Below are positions 62,220 through 64,000 of a stretch of 64,000 nucleotides of DNA, piece after piece. Under the pieces are notes generated by a model, which saw only the letters and a program-made list of their open reading frames with translations, ran no database searches and was not told the origin of the DNA. Made by a program: the position numbers and the translations under genes. Source of the stretch: Squalus acanthias (lineage: Eukaryota); assembly GCA_030390025.1 (NCBI GenBank), contig CM059441.1:67208001-67272000 (forward strand), read 5' to 3'. The stretch's first letter is position 1; each line of letters opens with the position of its first letter.

Positions 62220-62379
62220 GGTGACAATTTTCACCTTCACAACTTGGGCAGTAAACTGGTGCCCACCTGTTATAGAAACCACCACCCCCCCCACCCCTAT
62301 TTTCATTTTCATTATATAACAGGCGGGTGATCCACTTTGCCAGTTTACCATCCAAGGGGTGAAGGTGAAAATTACCCCC
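62220..62379. mobile_element. Short palindromic MITE
   Basis: AATTTTCACCTTCAC ... GTGAAGGTGAAAATT inverted ends. Confidence 0.65.
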
Positions 62380-62558
62380 ATTGTACCCCATGAACAGACT
62401 GTAGTGACTTTGAAACTGAGGCATTAGAGAATACCTGAAACAGCATCTTTTATGGAGATGTCACTAGATGAATGAGACATTGCATCAGAACTTGTTTAAA
62501 TAACAAGGGCGGTGGAAGCAGATTCAACAGTAACTTTCAAAAGGGTATTGGATATATA

Positions 62559-62964
62559 CAGGAAACTCTTTATTAACCGGCACCGACGGGACCGGTGTGG
62601 TGCCGGTTTATGGAAAGTACCGGATAACGGAGAGTTATATCTACCGAGGCTATTTTTAACAAAGAAAAATAAATAAATCAAGAAATGTGCAGTATACTTC
62701 CGACAGCGACAGGAGGCCGAGTAGTGGCACTTTTGAAAACTACCCCTGCTGACTAAATCGGCATTCGCGGACTCGGACTCGGACTCGGGATCGGCAACAT
62801 TGCCGGTTATTTGAGAGGAGTTTTCGGAGTACTCAGCGTTCGCGGAGACTCGACTGCGACTCTGGAACATTGCCGGTTATTTGAGAGGAGTTTTCGGAGG
62901 ATGATTTTTGCCGGTTAAGCGAGAATTCCGGATATTTGGGTGCCGGATAAACAAAAGTTTCCTG
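62559..62964. mobile_element. Tc1/mariner (pogo/Tigger-like) MITE nested in a CR1 3' end
   Basis: TA|CAGGAAACTCTTTATTAACCGGCACC ... GGTGCCGGATAAACAAAAGTTTCCTG|TA; CR1 sequence resumes on both sides. Confidence 0.85.
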
Positions 62965-63294
62965 TACATGAAGGGGAGAAAATTTCAGGGCTATGGGGAA
63001 AGAGCAGGGGAATGGGACTAATTGGACAGCTGTTTCAAGACACAGGCATGATGGGCCGAACGGCCTCCTTCTGTGTTGTAAGATTCTATATTACTGAACA
63101 GAAGGAGGCCACTTCGAATGAATGTGGATGAAAGTGGACATTATTTGTGGAACCTTGCTTTGTTGTATCAGTAAGTTACTGGTAACATAACTGAATGGTG
63201 ATTTGAAAGTATAGCAATTTAACAAAGAACATGTAACATGTACAAACGGGAGTCACCTCAACTTCAGAAATGAGACTGTGCCATCAAACACGCA

Positions 63295-63433
63295 GGGGGT
63301 AATTCTGACTTTGGGCCACAGTGTAAACGGGTGATATCGGATCAGCCGCTCATTATCATCTCTCTCGATTTTCATTTCCATTTGATCCCAGATCGCCCAT
63401 TTTACACTGTCACCCAAAGTCAAAATCACCCCC
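63295..63433. mobile_element. Short palindromic MITE
   Basis: GGGGGTAATTCTGACTTTGGG ... CCCAAAGTCAAAATCACCCCC. Confidence 0.72.
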
Positions 63434-63494
63434 CAAATGTTAAACAGCTTGGTCTTATTGCACGCATCTCTCATTTTCTGGTTTATTGCGCATT

Positions 63495-64000
63495 AAGGGC
63501 ACAGCAGTTATCATGGGTGACTTTAATCTACATATAGGTTGGGCTAACCAAATTAGTAACAATACTGTGGAGGAGGAATTCCTAGAGTGTATACGGGATG
63601 GTTTCCTGGACCAATATGTTGAGGAACCAACTAGAGATCAGGCCATCTTAGACTGGGTATTATGTAATGAGAAAGGATTAATTAGCAATCTTGTTGTGTG
63701 AGGCCCCTTGGGGAGGAGCAATCATAATATGATAGAATTCTTCATTAAGATGGAGAGTGAAGTAGTTGACTCAGAGACTAGGGTCCTGAATTTAAATAAA
63801 GGAAACTACGATAGTATGAGGCGCGAGTTGGCTAGGATGGATTGGGGAGCGTTACTTAAAGGGTTGATGGTGGATAGGCAACGGCAAACATTTAAAGATC
63901 GCATGGATGAACTACAGAATTTGTTCATCCCTGTTTGGCATAAAAATAAAACAAAAAAGGTGACTCAACCGTGGCTAACAAGGGAAATTAGGGATAGCAT
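63495..64000 (+). mobile_element. CR1 LINE ORF2 (endonuclease-linker region), runs off the window
   Basis: VIMGDFNL..FLDQYVEEPTR..ILDWVL..PWLTREI. Confidence 0.9.

Overview
Vertebrate genomic DNA, almost certainly a cartilaginous fish (shark), inferred from its repeat families (SacSINE1/DeuSINE-like, AmnSINE2-like, CR1, L2, RTE, Penelope). It carries two divergently transcribed spliced genes. DNA polymerase mu (POLM) lies on the minus strand with coding exons 1-8 at 14325->1841 and the 3' exons outside the window. A complete 14-exon N-acetylglucosamine-6-sulfatase-like gene (GNS-like, 502 aa) lies on the plus strand at 28095-52559. Between them, about 0.8 kb upstream of the POLM ATG, is a young 6171-bp endogenous retrovirus (15119-21289, minus strand) with 521-bp LTRs differing at 3 positions, a CCAT target-site duplication and a tRNA-Ser-type primer-binding site. 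The standout observation is its layout: gag(2 CCHC)-UAG-hairpin-41 codons-RNase H-integrase-env. Protease and the reverse-transcriptase polymerase domain are entirely absent, yet the frame and a readthrough-type RNA structure are preserved. This suggests a non-autonomous or split-genome retroviral lineage that RT-based surveys would miss. Other notable items are a Penelope-derived perfect palindrome with a minimal hammerhead motif and a ~400-bp inverted duplication that creates a divergent pair of CTCF motifs. Boundaries of degraded repeats are approximate, and repeat family names come from recognition rather than database search.
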